NCBI GenBank assembly: GCA_964366325.1
Contig: CAYITD010000002.1
Location: forward strand, 100,548-164,547
Length of the DNA: 64,000 nt
From: Candidatus Woesearchaeota archaeon
GTDB taxonomy: Archaea; Nanobdellota; Nanobdellia; Pacearchaeales; GW2011-AR1
Direction: 5' to 3'
A program made the translations under genes and the position numbers. Below the pieces are notes generated by a model. It saw nothing but the letters and a program-made list of their open reading frames with translations, was not told the origin of the DNA and ran no database searches. Position 1 is the stretch's first letter. Each line of letters opens with the position of its first letter. Positions 28,337 to 38,255 of this stretch are shown here, in pieces.

Positions 28337-29194
28337 ATGTATAAAGGTAGAATTTTTAGAAATTGGAAGTTAAGGTATACATCCCATCCTGTAGAAGACT
28401 CTTTTAAAATTGATGACAGAATTGCAACGGTCGCAGATGGTGTAACAAGAGATCCAACAAAATATCTACCTAACACAAAAAATACTCAAGGTAGACTAAT
28501 ATTTATACTTGATTATCCAAAAGAAAGTCCTGCAAAAGTCGCAGCTGAAACTCTGGCTTTAAATACGAATATAAATCTTAGAGAAATCATTGCTCCAGAA
28601 GAGGAGGACATAATCCTCGCATATAAAAAAGTGAATGGCCTAATAAGAGAATACCAAGAGCGAGAAATTCCAGAAATAGATTATGTTATGAACGATTTTC
28701 CAGGTTGTGTCGGAGCAACAGCGATTAATCTTCCCTTTCACGTCATGTACGGATTTATTTGTGATTCAGGAGTCGCGTTAGTAGACAGAAATGGAAACCT
28801 AAAATTTAGAACGCCAAACGAAGGTCCAGACAGAAAAGCAAAAGAAATTTGGGCAAACCCTCCTCTTAATCAACTGTCATGGCAAGATCCAAGAGCAAGA
28901 AGAATAGTTCGTTCTGTTTACAGAAATAATCCCATGGAGCCAAACGCTTATGGAGTATTCACAGGTGAAGGAACTGCAATGGAATACGTTAAAACAGGAA
29001 CAGAAATAAAAGATGAAGGTGACACAATCTTAGTCTTCACAGATGGAGTTGAAAACGCCATATTCCAAAATGACGGAGATATTAGTGGAAAAGTAGCAGA
29101 TAAAATAAGATCCAGAGATTTCATTGGTTTAGAAAGACTTTGCCAGAAAAGTGTAAGAACCGAAGGAACATTAGTTTATTCTGTTGGAAATTAA
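28337..29194 (+). CDS. PP2C-like protein phosphatase family protein
   Basis: ED, VADGV, CDSG, LVFTDG motifs. Confidence 0.75.
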   Translation: MYKGRIFRNWKLRYTSHPVEDSFKIDDRIATVADGVTRDPTKYLPNTKNTQGRLIFILDYPKESPAKVAAETLALNTNINLREIIAPEEEDIILAYKKVNGLIREYQEREIPEIDYVMNDFPGCVGATAINLPFHVMYGFICDSGVALVDRNGNLKFRTPNEGPDRKAKEIWANPPLNQLSWQDPRARRIVRSVYRNNPMEPNAYGVFTGEGTAMEYVKTGTEIKDEGDTILVFTDGVENAIFQNDGDISGKVADKIRSRDFIGLERLCQKSVRTEGTLVYSVGN

Positions 29195-29211
29195 CAATTA
29201 TTTTTAACTCA

Positions 29212-30021
29212 CTAAGATCTAAGCAACTCTCTCAAAGATTTTCTCTTCTCATTTATTTCATCAGATATTGCTTTCCTAGAAGTATGATCCGTAGCATTGC
29301 TTAATCTAGTTTGCAACTCCTTTATCTCTTCAGTCAACTCAGCAGCCTCAACTCTCTTTCTCCTATCAGTTACCTTGTCCAGAGAACTTTCCAACATCCA
29401 AGCTCTAATATTTTTATCAAAAGCTATCAACAGAACAGAAAGCAAAGTTATGAAAAAATAAAACCAAGCTAAGTTCTGATACCATTCAGATCCTGTACTC
29501 AAATCATCCCATCTAGTATACATCAAACCAGTAAAGATAACAGCCATTCCAGACCATCCAACTTTTCTAACTATAAAGCTATCAAAACCCTCTATAAAAA
29601 AGAAAGCAATTAAGAAAGGCAAAAATATAGAAAAGGCTATTCCCAAAGTACCATAAGGCAACCAAATAAAATTAATCAAAGCGCTAGACGTGATATATCT
29701 TATAGAAATCAAAGTCACAGCGAGAGATATTATAAGAGAAACCATTCTGTTATCTCCAATTCTTGGGACATTTTTCACAGCCATACTAACAACAGAAAGT
29801 AATAAAATGAAAACCATCAGCTTAACAAATAATATATCTCCAGCATCAGCAGAACCATCTATCTTTCCCAAAAGAAGACCGACACCTTCTCCAGCACCAT
29901 TTATCGCACCATTTAAATCATCACGAAAAACAGCAGAAGCAAAACTAGAAAAGAAAATAGATCCAAAGATCAGCCCAAGAAAAACAAAAGCCAAATGCCT
30001 CCTCTCTTTATCAACCTGCAT
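29212..30021 (-). CDS. Multi-pass membrane protein (paralog of 30119-30853)
   Basis: About 7 hydrophobic segments, YGTLGIAFSIFLP motif, C-terminal coiled coil. Confidence 0.75.
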   Translation of the reverse strand: MQVDKERRHLAFVFLGLIFGSIFFSSFASAVFRDDLNGAINGAGEGVGLLLGKIDGSADAGDILFVKLMVFILLLSVVSMAVKNVPRIGDNRMVSLIISLAVTLISIRYITSSALINFIWLPYGTLGIAFSIFLPFLIAFFFIEGFDSFIVRKVGWSGMAVIFTGLMYTRWDDLSTGSEWYQNLAWFYFFITLLSVLLIAFDKNIRAWMLESSLDKVTDRRKRVEAAELTEEIKELQTRLSNATDHTSRKAISDEINEKRKSLRELLRS

Positions 30022-30118
30022 GTCCACCAGAAACAAAATTAGTATTTAAACATTTCTCAGATTTCAAAAAACCAAAAATTTCAGAAATATTTATAAATAA
30101 ACAAAATCTAAATCTGGC

Positions 30119-30853
30119 ATGCAAAAAGAGCGTTCTAGAAAACTGATTAATCTATCACTGTTAGTAATCCTTTCACTGCCCTTGCTGATTGCTACAATAA
30201 CTCTTGTCTCCGCAGCTCCTCTAACCGACCCTATAAAAGATCTGTTCGCATTTACTGGAGATTCCGCAATTTCGGTAAACATAGCAAAATATCTATTTTG
30301 GATTCTACTAACACTTCTGGTTTGGTCCGCATTGGATGCAGGAAATGTCGTAAGAAACAATGGAATAAGATGGATCATTAGTATAGTCGTTGGCTTTCTA
30401 GGAGTAGCCTATCTAACGCCTAATGAAATATGGTTGACCCTGATAAGCTATGGTGCGCTTGGAATGACTCTTTTATATATTTTTCCAACCTTAATTTTAA
30501 TGTTCTTCACGTTTAGAGTGGTGAGAGAAGGACAAGCAACCGGAATTGTACTTCAATACGCTATGTGGATAATTTATTCCTGCTTTTTAGCCTACAGATT
30601 CATACAAGGCATTATAACAGGCGATTTAGACACTACAGAAACATCCACTTGGGTATTTCTAGGAGTAATAATCATAACAGTGTTTGTGGTAATAGCAAAT
30701 AAATGGTTGAGAAAGAGGTTAGGAGATGAATTTATTAGCGAAGAAATAACGGCAGCCGAAAGCGTAGAGAGACTTGCAGCAGCTGTAACAGGAGCAAGAG
30801 CCACGACAGCCGTACAACAAAGTGAAGGAAGAGCAAGAAGACCGAGAAGATAA
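30119..30853 (+). CDS. Multi-pass membrane protein (paralog of 29212-30021)
   Basis: Signal peptide, YGALGMTLLYIFP motif, several TM helices. Confidence 0.75.
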   Translation: MQKERSRKLINLSLLVILSLPLLIATITLVSAAPLTDPIKDLFAFTGDSAISVNIAKYLFWILLTLLVWSALDAGNVVRNNGIRWIISIVVGFLGVAYLTPNEIWLTLISYGALGMTLLYIFPTLILMFFTFRVVREGQATGIVLQYAMWIIYSCFLAYRFIQGIITGDLDTTETSTWVFLGVIIITVFVVIANKWLRKRLGDEFISEEITAAESVERLAAAVTGARATTAVQQSEGRARRPRR

Positions 30854-30908
30854 CTTTTCAATAAAAATATAACGTTATATTTTTAAAATCCCCTTCCTTG
30901 AATTAAAG

Positions 30909-31586
30909 ATGAAAAAGAGACTTAATATTTTAATCGCCCTTATACTCCTTATTTCACTATCTCTACTTCCGACTCTAAAAGCAGATCCCTCTGACCCCTC
31001 AGACCTCTCAAACGTCTTTGGAAACAACGTCTCAATAAACCCAGAAAACCTACCGCAAGATTTTGAAGATATACAAAGAGATTATCTCCAAAAAGAATGG
31101 GCAAAAAAACTTTCAGAGAACAAATTAATTGGTCCTGTTCACGATTTATTCAATAAAATCTCTATTGTTTTCAAAATCCTGATTGGTTATCAATATGAAA
31201 TATCGGCTACCTTCCTACTCACTTTATTGCTCTGGATTTTCACATCCTATATCTTGTACAGAATAATAAACTCTTCCGAAATTCTCAAAAGCTGGAAAGC
31301 ATTTTTTGCTGCTCTAGCTTGTTCAACAATACTTGCACAACTAAAAATTCAGTATTATACAGCAAAATACTCTCTTGATTTAGTATTCAAAAAACAAGGC
31401 TGGGTTTACAGTATAGTCTTAACGATAATAGTTCTTGGTTTTTTCGCTGTAATCTACATAACAAGTGGAATGCTAGCAAGAGAATTAAAGAAAAAAGCAG
31501 AAAAGAAAAAGAATAAAGAAAAAGATATCGAACTAAAAAAAGTTAAAGAGATGACTAAAGAAGCTCAAGATATTTATGATAAGTGA
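30909..31586 (+). CDS. Membrane protein
   Basis: Signal peptide, 3-4 TM helices, Lys-rich tail. Confidence 0.7.
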   Translation: MKKRLNILIALILLISLSLLPTLKADPSDPSDLSNVFGNNVSINPENLPQDFEDIQRDYLQKEWAKKLSENKLIGPVHDLFNKISIVFKILIGYQYEISATFLLTLLLWIFTSYILYRIINSSEILKSWKAFFAALACSTILAQLKIQYYTAKYSLDLVFKKQGWVYSIVLTIIVLGFFAVIYITSGMLARELKKKAEKKKNKEKDIELKKVKEMTKEAQDIYDK

Positions 31587-31592
31587 TATGAA

Positions 31593-32210
31593 TTAAATAT
31601 TTTTCCTACTTTCCTCAATAGACTTTCTATAAGATCTTGACAATGCAGCAAAGAACCCAATATTTTGTCCCATTTGTCTAAATTCCTCAACGCCTTTCAT
31701 AGCCTTTAATTTGCCTAACAACTTGAGCAAAATACCAAAAATAACAAGCATGAATATAATAGTTAAAGCTAAGCTAATTATCCCCCACTCCCCTAATAAT
31801 TCAAAGAGTTTACCAAACCCCGCGTACCAAGCCACAATCTCTTTCATTACGCCACTAGAAGATCCTAACAAAGCCACAATCAAAGAAATAGCCCAGGCCT
31901 TCCAAGCAGAAGAGATTATTTCAACAGCAGAATGAACCAATAAAACAAATAATATAAAAAAGCAAATATACAAAACAAAAGTCTGTAAACTTAGCCTTTC
32001 ATCTGCTTTCAAACCAAAAACAAGCCGAGAAAGCAACTGCATATTTTCTGGAACTTCAACATCTTTAGATAAAATTTCATTAGACTTTTCTTTTACTCCT
32101 ATGCCTTCCTCATTTAAACCAAAAGTAGAATTGCTCAAATTAAAAGTACCTACTGCAGAAACAAAGCTAAACATTAGTAAAAATGCAAGTAAAAAAAACC
32201 ACTTTTTCAT
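31593..32210 (-). CDS. Membrane protein
   Basis: Signal peptide ending VSA, 3 TM helices; S.WKA motif shared with 30909-31586. Confidence 0.7.
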   Translation of the reverse strand: MKKWFFLLAFLLMFSFVSAVGTFNLSNSTFGLNEEGIGVKEKSNEILSKDVEVPENMQLLSRLVFGLKADERLSLQTFVLYICFFILFVLLVHSAVEIISSAWKAWAISLIVALLGSSSGVMKEIVAWYAGFGKLFELLGEWGIISLALTIIFMLVIFGILLKLLGKLKAMKGVEEFRQMGQNIGFFAALSRSYRKSIEESRKNI

Positions 32211-32231
32211 ATCCTTTTAAAATAATCAAGA

Positions 32232-32250
32232 TTTAAATCCCTTTCCCTTC
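32232..32250. repeat. 19-bp direct repeat, copy 1, flanking the MNT-HepT pair
   Basis: tttaaatccctttcccttc, identical to 33097-33115. Confidence 0.85.
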
Positions 32251-32698
32251 AGCTTTTCTTCTTGTGATTCTTCAAAAAATCCTCGATCTCTTTTATTACA
32301 AACTCAAAATCTTCAAGTCCTTCCCTTATACTTTCAAACGCTTTTTTATCCTCTATCTTTCCATATTTATGAACTAAAACATTTCTAAATCCCTTCATAT
32401 CTCTAATAATACTAATCGTTTTCTTACTGAAAATTTTCTCCTTTTCTAAATTATCAAATATATCATCTTCAACATCTGGAACACCAAGTCTAAAATCAGA
32501 ATTTATAATATTGCAAATGTCTACAACACTTTCTATAGCAAACTCTATTTTTTTATAAATTCCATCCTTTTTCAAACCAAAATCAATAAAATCTTTAAAA
32601 TTGTTCGGTATATTTTTTTCAACAATCTCTATAGAATCAATCATGTCAGACAGACATCTTTCTATTTCTTCTGTTCTCAATGTTTTCTTTTCAATCAT
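32249..32698 (-). CDS. HepT-like (DUF86) HEPN ribonuclease toxin
   Basis: AIESVVDIC, GFRNVLVHKYG (Rx4HxY). Confidence 0.9.
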   Translation of the reverse strand: MIEKKTLRTEEIERCLSDMIDSIEIVEKNIPNNFKDFIDFGLKKDGIYKKIEFAIESVVDICNIINSDFRLGVPDVEDDIFDNLEKEKIFSKKTISIIRDMKGFRNVLVHKYGKIEDKKAFESIREGLEDFEFVIKEIEDFLKNHKKKS

Positions 32699-33075
32699 TT
32701 TACAATTGACCTCCTAGAAATATAATCATAATAGTATTTTTTAAAACGCTCAAATTCCTTTATAGTTTTATAAGCTATATCTGAAACAAAGCTTAAATCC
32801 TGAGCATAAATAATTTCGCCTTTCAAAATTTCCTTTTTAATAAACAAAGGAATATCCTGAAAAACCTTGACATCGTATTTTTCATCAAAATTTACTCTTA
32901 ATTTGAATTTATATCTTTGATCTTCGTTTCCATCGTAATAAACAGCAAAATCATAATCAGACATACTATTGGCTTTTCCAAAAGCTTGTGAGCCAAACAA
33001 AATCACAAATTTAACTCTATCAAAATCAGAAACTTTCTTCAATTTTTCCATAAACAATTTTACCTTCTTATCCAT
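32695..33075 (-). CDS. MntA-like nucleotidyltransferase antitoxin
   Basis: LFGSQAFG...SDYDFAV; ATGA overlap with the HepT gene. Confidence 0.9.
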   Translation of the reverse strand: MDKKVKLFMEKLKKVSDFDRVKFVILFGSQAFGKANSMSDYDFAVYYDGNEDQRYKFKLRVNFDEKYDVKVFQDIPLFIKKEILKGEIIYAQDLSFVSDIAYKTIKEFERFKKYYYDYISRRSIVK

Positions 33076-33096
33076 ATAAGAAATAAAAGCTTATAG

Positions 33097-33115
33097 TTTA
33101 AATCCCTTTCCCTTC
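33097..33115. repeat. 19-bp direct repeat, copy 2
   Basis: tttaaatccctttcccttc, immediately after the fen stop codon on the minus strand. Confidence 0.85.
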
Positions 33116-34119
33116 TAGAATAAAGTCCTCTGTTCATTCTGCTTCTTCGCCCCAACCAGCTTGCCTAAAGTATTCTCAACTCTCTCTAAAGAAAACTCAT
33201 GTCTCTGAACCAAAATTTCCTTTATTTTTTCCTCATCTAATTTTGGAAATTTAACATTTATATGTTCAACATTCGGCTTCTTAAAAATCTCAAAAATTCT
33301 CTTCCAATCAAAATCAACCTGATGTTCTACCTCTCTAAAAATTTCAACAGGAGATTTTCTCTGTTTAACCAAAGCAAGAGCTTTTTTCGGACCTATTCCT
33401 TTTATCCCTCCAGGATTAAAATCAGTTCCAACTAATATAGCTAAAGAAATAAACTGATCTGCATCAATTCCAAGCTCATTCAAAGTCTTTTCATAATCAA
33501 TAATTTCTGGAGAAATATACACTTCTCCTCCTCTTGTTTTTCTCTTCCTTGCAAGAGTTAAGTTTTGTATCAAATTAGCACCGCAGACCAAAGCATCATA
33601 GTCCTGACTTCCAACAGCAAATGCTTCCTTATCTTTAACAATCCTAGAACATTGCATTTCTCCCTCTCCAGGAGCCTGGACAACACAAACACCCATAGCC
33701 TCTAAGAGCTCCTTGCTCTCATTAATTTTCTTTCCGTCTAATCGAATAAAACCGCGAGAATATTTTTCCATTCCCTCAATATCTTCTTCTTCCAAAGCCT
33801 TCTCATACTTGTCCCTCATCTCCCTCCTTCCCTCCTCTCTATTTTCCTGTGTCTTTCCTTTCAAAACATCGTATTCTCCATCAAAAACATAAACTAGTTT
33901 TATACCCTCAGCAAGTAAAGCAACATTTCTATAAAACAATCCAGAAAGATGTGACGTGACTTCCCCAGAAGAATCCATTAAAGGAGTTCCATCTTGCTGC
34001 CTTATGCTGGACAAGAATTGATAAATCGCATTAAAAGCGTCAACAGCTATAGTCTTTCCCTTCATTTCTTCAAACTTAATCTCCCTTCTCGGAACAATAT
34101 CTCCTATCTGTAAACCCAT
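33115..34119 (-). CDS. fen: Flap endonuclease 1
   Basis: IAVDAFNAIYQFL, TSHLSGLFYR, VFDG, APGEGE, SQDYD, LVGTDFN, GIGPKKA, C-terminal PIP box QRTLF. Confidence 0.97.
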   Translation of the reverse strand: MGLQIGDIVPRREIKFEEMKGKTIAVDAFNAIYQFLSSIRQQDGTPLMDSSGEVTSHLSGLFYRNVALLAEGIKLVYVFDGEYDVLKGKTQENREEGRREMRDKYEKALEEEDIEGMEKYSRGFIRLDGKKINESKELLEAMGVCVVQAPGEGEMQCSRIVKDKEAFAVGSQDYDALVCGANLIQNLTLARKRKTRGGEVYISPEIIDYEKTLNELGIDADQFISLAILVGTDFNPGGIKGIGPKKALALVKQRKSPVEIFREVEHQVDFDWKRIFEIFKKPNVEHINVKFPKLDEEKIKEILVQRHEFSLERVENTLGKLVGAKKQNEQRTLF

Positions 34120-34153
34120 TGGATAAAGAAAAAACAATAACTAATAAATATTT

Positions 34154-34519
34154 CTAATTGAAATTTAATTTTCTTAACATACTAAAAGCCAAATCAACAT
34201 CATGACTCTCAACTCTTGCATCTTCTCCTCTTTTCTTAGCAAGATTGTGAGCAACAAAATAAGGTAAATATGCTAAAGCCAACCTTCCCCTATCATCAAC
34301 AATAGAATCAGGAACTTCAACAGCAAAATCATTTAAACGTCCACCGCAGCTCTTAGCTAATTCCGTTGAAAAACGTCCTCTTTTTACTGTGTTTGGAATA
34401 ATTTTTCTCAAATGTACGAGAGTTGCATCTAATTCTGTATTAACTCTGTCCACTAGACCTATAGGTTCAACTCCATAAGTTCTAGCAATTTCCTGCGGGA
34501 ACGAAACTATGTACCTCAC
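34154..34519 (-). CDS. Hypothetical protein
   Basis: 121-aa GTG ORF between fen and polB. Confidence 0.55.
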   Translation of the reverse strand: MRYIVSFPQEIARTYGVEPIGLVDRVNTELDATLVHLRKIIPNTVKRGRFSTELAKSCGGRLNDFAVEVPDSIVDDRGRLALAYLPYFVAHNLAKKRGEDARVESHDVDLAFSMLRKLNFN

Positions 34520-34571
34520 AACCGCTTAAAAAAATAACAATATTTAAAACTTTACTCTTCAATATGTAAAA

Positions 34572-36896
34572 ATGAAAGGTTTCATTATCTATCCAAGTTA
34601 CGAAAATATAAACGGAGAAACTCTTGTCTATTTGTTCGGAAGACTAGAAAACGGACAATCTTTTCTTACAGTAAACAAATTCGAGCCTTATGTATTCATA
34701 AAAAAGAAGCATCATTCTCAATCGGAAACTCTGAAAAATTTCAAATCAGAAGAGACAAAAATGAAGAACTTTGATAATGAAGAACTAATAAAACTAGTTT
34801 TTCAAAATCAAGAAGAATTGAACAATTTCTTTAAAGAAATGCACAAAAAAATAGAAATATATGAAGGAGATATAAAACCACACATACGCTTTCTAATTGA
34901 CAACGATATTCTAACAGAGCTATATATAGAAGGCGATTACAACCCTTCAGAAAGGATAGATAGAATCTACAAAGAGCCAAAAATAAAAAAAGCAGAATCT
35001 AAAGCAGAATTAAAAATAGTTTCATTAGATATAGAATCCGATGAAAAAGGAAAATTGTTTTGCATTGGTCTATCTTCAAAAAATTACAAAAAAAACTTTT
35101 TCATCACCAACTACGAGCTTGAAAATACAATCTCTTGCAAATCAGAAGAAGAATGTCTCGAACTATTTAAGAAAGAATTAATAAAACAAGATCCTGATAT
35201 AATAATAGGTTGGAATGTAATAGATTTTGATTTGGTTTATTTAAAACAAAAATTCAAAGAAAATAAAATCAAATTCGATATAGGGAGAACAGATTCAGAA
35301 ACAAGATTAAGGATAGAATCAAATTTCTTCCGATCTTCCAGTGCAGATGTAGAAGGAAGGCAGGTTCTTGATGGTTTGAATTTAATAAAAGATCCATTCA
35401 TCAAAGAAGCACCTTCTATAAAAAATCTAAAGTTTGATTCACTAACTCTTGAAGATGTATCGCAAGCAATATTAAAAAAAGGAAAGTTAATGAGCGGTAA
35501 AGGCAGACATTCTGAAATTGAAGATTTATACAAAGAAAATACAAAAAAAAGCCACCAAAAGATCGTTGATTACAATATAAATGATTGTAATTTAGTCTAT
35601 GAGATACTTGAAAAGACAAATATTATAGATTTAGCAATAAACCGTTCCAAACTTACTGGGCAACCTCTAGAAAAAATTACAGGATCAATCGCCTCTTTTG
35701 ATTCACTATATCTAAGAGAGTGCCACAAAAAAAATCTAGCTTCTCCGACAAATGAATATAAGAAAAAAGAGACAAAAATCAAAGGAGGTTACGTCTCTTC
35801 TCTAAATCCTGGAATATACAAAAATGTCCTTGTTTTAGATTTTAAATCTCTTTATCCTTCAATAATAAGAACTTTCAATATAGATCCTGCTTCATACATA
35901 ATTAAGCAAGAAAAAGACAGTATAAAATCCCCAAACGGAGCTCTATTCAAAAATCAAGAAGGTATTCTCCCCATAATAATCGAACGTCTTCATCAAGAAA
36001 GAGAAAAAGCAAAAAAAGAGAAAAACGAATTAGCAAGTTATGCAATTAAAACAATAATGAATTCTTTCTTTGGAGTTTTAGCATCCCCAAATTGCCGTTA
36101 TTTTGATATGAAAATGGCGAATGCTATAACAAATTTTGGACAGTTCATAATAAAACTCACAGCAAAAGAGATTGAGAAAAAAGGATTATCAACAATTTAT
36201 TCAGACACAGATTCAGTTTTCATTGAAACGAAAACAACAAAAGAAAAAGCGCATGAACTAGGAATCGAAATACAGAACTTCATAAATAATTTTTACCAAG
36301 ATTACATTAAAAAAAATTACAAAAGGAAATCTTTCCTCGAGTTAGAATTTGACAAGCACTATCTTTCTCTGATGATCCCACAAACAAGAAATAAAGAAGA
36401 AACAGCCGCAAAAAAGAGATATGCAGGTTTAATATACGACAAAGGAAAAGAAGAACTTGACATAGTTGGCTTAGAAGCAATAAGAGGAGACTGGACAGAA
36501 GCAGCGCAAGATTTCCAAAGAGAAATACTTATGAAAACATTTCACGATGAACCAATTGAAAAATTCATAAAAGAATATGTAAAAAAGATAAGAGCTGGGA
36601 AATTAGATCAAAAATTAGTTTACAAAAAATCAATAAGAAAGAACCTTGAAGAATACACAAAAATGACGCCCCCGCATGTAAAAGCAGCCCGTCTTTTGGA
36701 CAAATTAGAATCCAATGTAATTTCTTACTACATAACTATAAACGGTCCAGAGCCAATTCAGAAACTAAAACATTCTCTTGATTACGACCATTATATAGAA
36801 AAACAAATTAAGCCAATTGCAAATCAAATTTTAACACTTTTAAACAAAAAATTCGAAGATCTTTCCCAAGATTCTAAGCAATCTACTTTATTCTAA
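34572..36896 (+). CDS. polB: Family B DNA polymerase
   Basis: Exonuclease motifs DIE, GWNVIDFD, YNIND; polymerase motifs DFKSLYPSII, KTIMNSFFG, YSDTDS, KKRYAG; C-terminal PIP box QSTLF. Confidence 0.96.
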   Translation: MKGFIIYPSYENINGETLVYLFGRLENGQSFLTVNKFEPYVFIKKKHHSQSETLKNFKSEETKMKNFDNEELIKLVFQNQEELNNFFKEMHKKIEIYEGDIKPHIRFLIDNDILTELYIEGDYNPSERIDRIYKEPKIKKAESKAELKIVSLDIESDEKGKLFCIGLSSKNYKKNFFITNYELENTISCKSEEECLELFKKELIKQDPDIIIGWNVIDFDLVYLKQKFKENKIKFDIGRTDSETRLRIESNFFRSSSADVEGRQVLDGLNLIKDPFIKEAPSIKNLKFDSLTLEDVSQAILKKGKLMSGKGRHSEIEDLYKENTKKSHQKIVDYNINDCNLVYEILEKTNIIDLAINRSKLTGQPLEKITGSIASFDSLYLRECHKKNLASPTNEYKKKETKIKGGYVSSLNPGIYKNVLVLDFKSLYPSIIRTFNIDPASYIIKQEKDSIKSPNGALFKNQEGILPIIIERLHQEREKAKKEKNELASYAIKTIMNSFFGVLASPNCRYFDMKMANAITNFGQFIIKLTAKEIEKKGLSTIYSDTDSVFIETKTTKEKAHELGIEIQNFINNFYQDYIKKNYKRKSFLELEFDKHYLSLMIPQTRNKEETAAKKRYAGLIYDKGKEELDIVGLEAIRGDWTEAAQDFQREILMKTFHDEPIEKFIKEYVKKIRAGKLDQKLVYKKSIRKNLEEYTKMTPPHVKAARLLDKLESNVISYYITINGPEPIQKLKHSLDYDHYIEKQIKPIANQILTLLNKKFEDLSQDSKQSTLF

Positions 36897-37225
36897 TTAT
36901 CAGACATTTTCATATGCACAACATCTTTCTGATCAACTCTTCTTACTTCACTAGAAGAAAGACTTCCTACTAATTGTTCAACAGTCTTATTTAAAATTCT
37001 ATTGTTTTCAACGTTAATTCTCAATAAACTTGTAGGTAAAATTGCCGAAATCTTTCCATTGACATAAATAACTTTCTGAGCATCTCTAGGATTTCTAAAA
37101 TCTTCAGGAAATTGATCTTCACTAATTAAGACATATCTTGATCCGTGAAAGTAACTTTGTATATGTCTAACTCTCGTGTTTCCTTTCACCCCTTTAATCT
37201 CAAGAATAGAATAGTACTGAGACAT
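36893..37225 (-). CDS. Hypothetical protein
   Basis: 110-aa ATG ORF with TTTATAAA box upstream. Confidence 0.55.
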   Translation of the reverse strand: MSQYYSILEIKGVKGNTRVRHIQSYFHGSRYVLISEDQFPEDFRNPRDAQKVIYVNGKISAILPTSLLRINVENNRILNKTVEQLVGSLSSSEVRRVDQKDVVHMKMSDN

Positions 37226-37285
37226 TTATCAAAAAAAACATCCAGCTTTATAAAACTAACTCTCACTTCTAAGTTTCATGAAAAG

Positions 37286-37816
37286 CTAAAAGCATGGAGC
37301 AGTTGAATTGATAACTCCATCAAATCGTTCGTTGGAATTATCATCTAAATATCCTTTATTACGAATATATCCACCTATTTCAGTTTGTCCAAGCAACTCG
37401 TCATGCGCTAACATATTCAAATAAATCCCTGAAGGAATATAGAATAACTCCGCAGATTCTCCAACTTCATGTTGAGGTCGTCCCAGTTTAACTAATCTTA
37501 CTAATTTGCAATCATTCTCACGTATATCATAAAAACTTAAATTAAAAGTTGCTTTGGCAACAACTCCATCTCCCGAACCATGGACTCTTTCAAAAGTTTC
37601 TTCTCTAACACTTTCAACCAAACCACTAGTGTAAAAACCTTTAGGATGAAAAGTTGGATCACAAAGAAAATAATTTGTCTCCGAAGAAACATTATCTTGT
37701 ATTGGTACCAAAGCAGGTTTAGGAACATTGCAACTTGTAGAAAGAAAACCAATTCCAAGACCAAGAATTCCAGCTTTTGCTATTTTCATCATTCCCAAAT
37801 TAACTACCACTTCCAT
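37286..37816 (-). CDS. Putative lipoprotein (start uncertain)
   Basis: KIAKAGILGLGIGFLSTSC lipobox-like signal. Confidence 0.55.
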   Translation of the reverse strand: MEVVVNLGMMKIAKAGILGLGIGFLSTSCNVPKPALVPIQDNVSSETNYFLCDPTFHPKGFYTSGLVESVREETFERVHGSGDGVVAKATFNLSFYDIRENDCKLVRLVKLGRPQHEVGESAELFYIPSGIYLNMLAHDELLGQTEIGGYIRNKGYLDDNSNERFDGVINSTAPCF

Positions 37817-37881
37817 TATTAAACTTTTCTGATTCAAAAATCATTTTTTGATAGCATAATTAATTATAGACACTAAAAAAT

Positions 37882-38226
37882 TTAGTTGCGACCTGCTTTA
37901 ATCACTGTTTTAACACCACGAAGATTTAAATCTTCTGCAATTCTACCAGCTCTATCTAAATCTTCTTGATCATAACTAGCAATAATAGCCATGTGCTCTT
38001 CTTGAGATCTTAGAGGTATAATAATATGGCTAACCTCCTCCAACTTAAAGTTTCTCCCCCCTAACCTAATTTCAAAACAAGTATTATAAAAATCCAGATG
38101 GCTTCTCCCAGATTCATAAACACGTTTATAAAAAACTACACCTAATTCCTGATCTCTTAATCTAGCTTCAGACATAAAATCAGTTTTTGTTACTGGAACT
38201 CCAAAAAACCTATATCTTATTGACAT
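37882..38226 (-). CDS. Hypothetical protein
   Basis: 114-aa ATG ORF in a co-oriented run. Confidence 0.55.
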   Translation of the reverse strand: MSIRYRFFGVPVTKTDFMSEARLRDQELGVVFYKRVYESGRSHLDFYNTCFEIRLGGRNFKLEEVSHIIIPLRSQEEHMAIIASYDQEDLDRAGRIAEDLNLRGVKTVIKAGRN

Positions 38227-38255
38227 TTTAAAATATTAACTTACTCTCCAAGATA

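Noticed and set aside
36196-36216. YSDTDS instead of YGDTDS in PolB as a sign of inactivation
   Set aside because: Both catalytic Asp residues and all other polymerase and exonuclease motifs are intact
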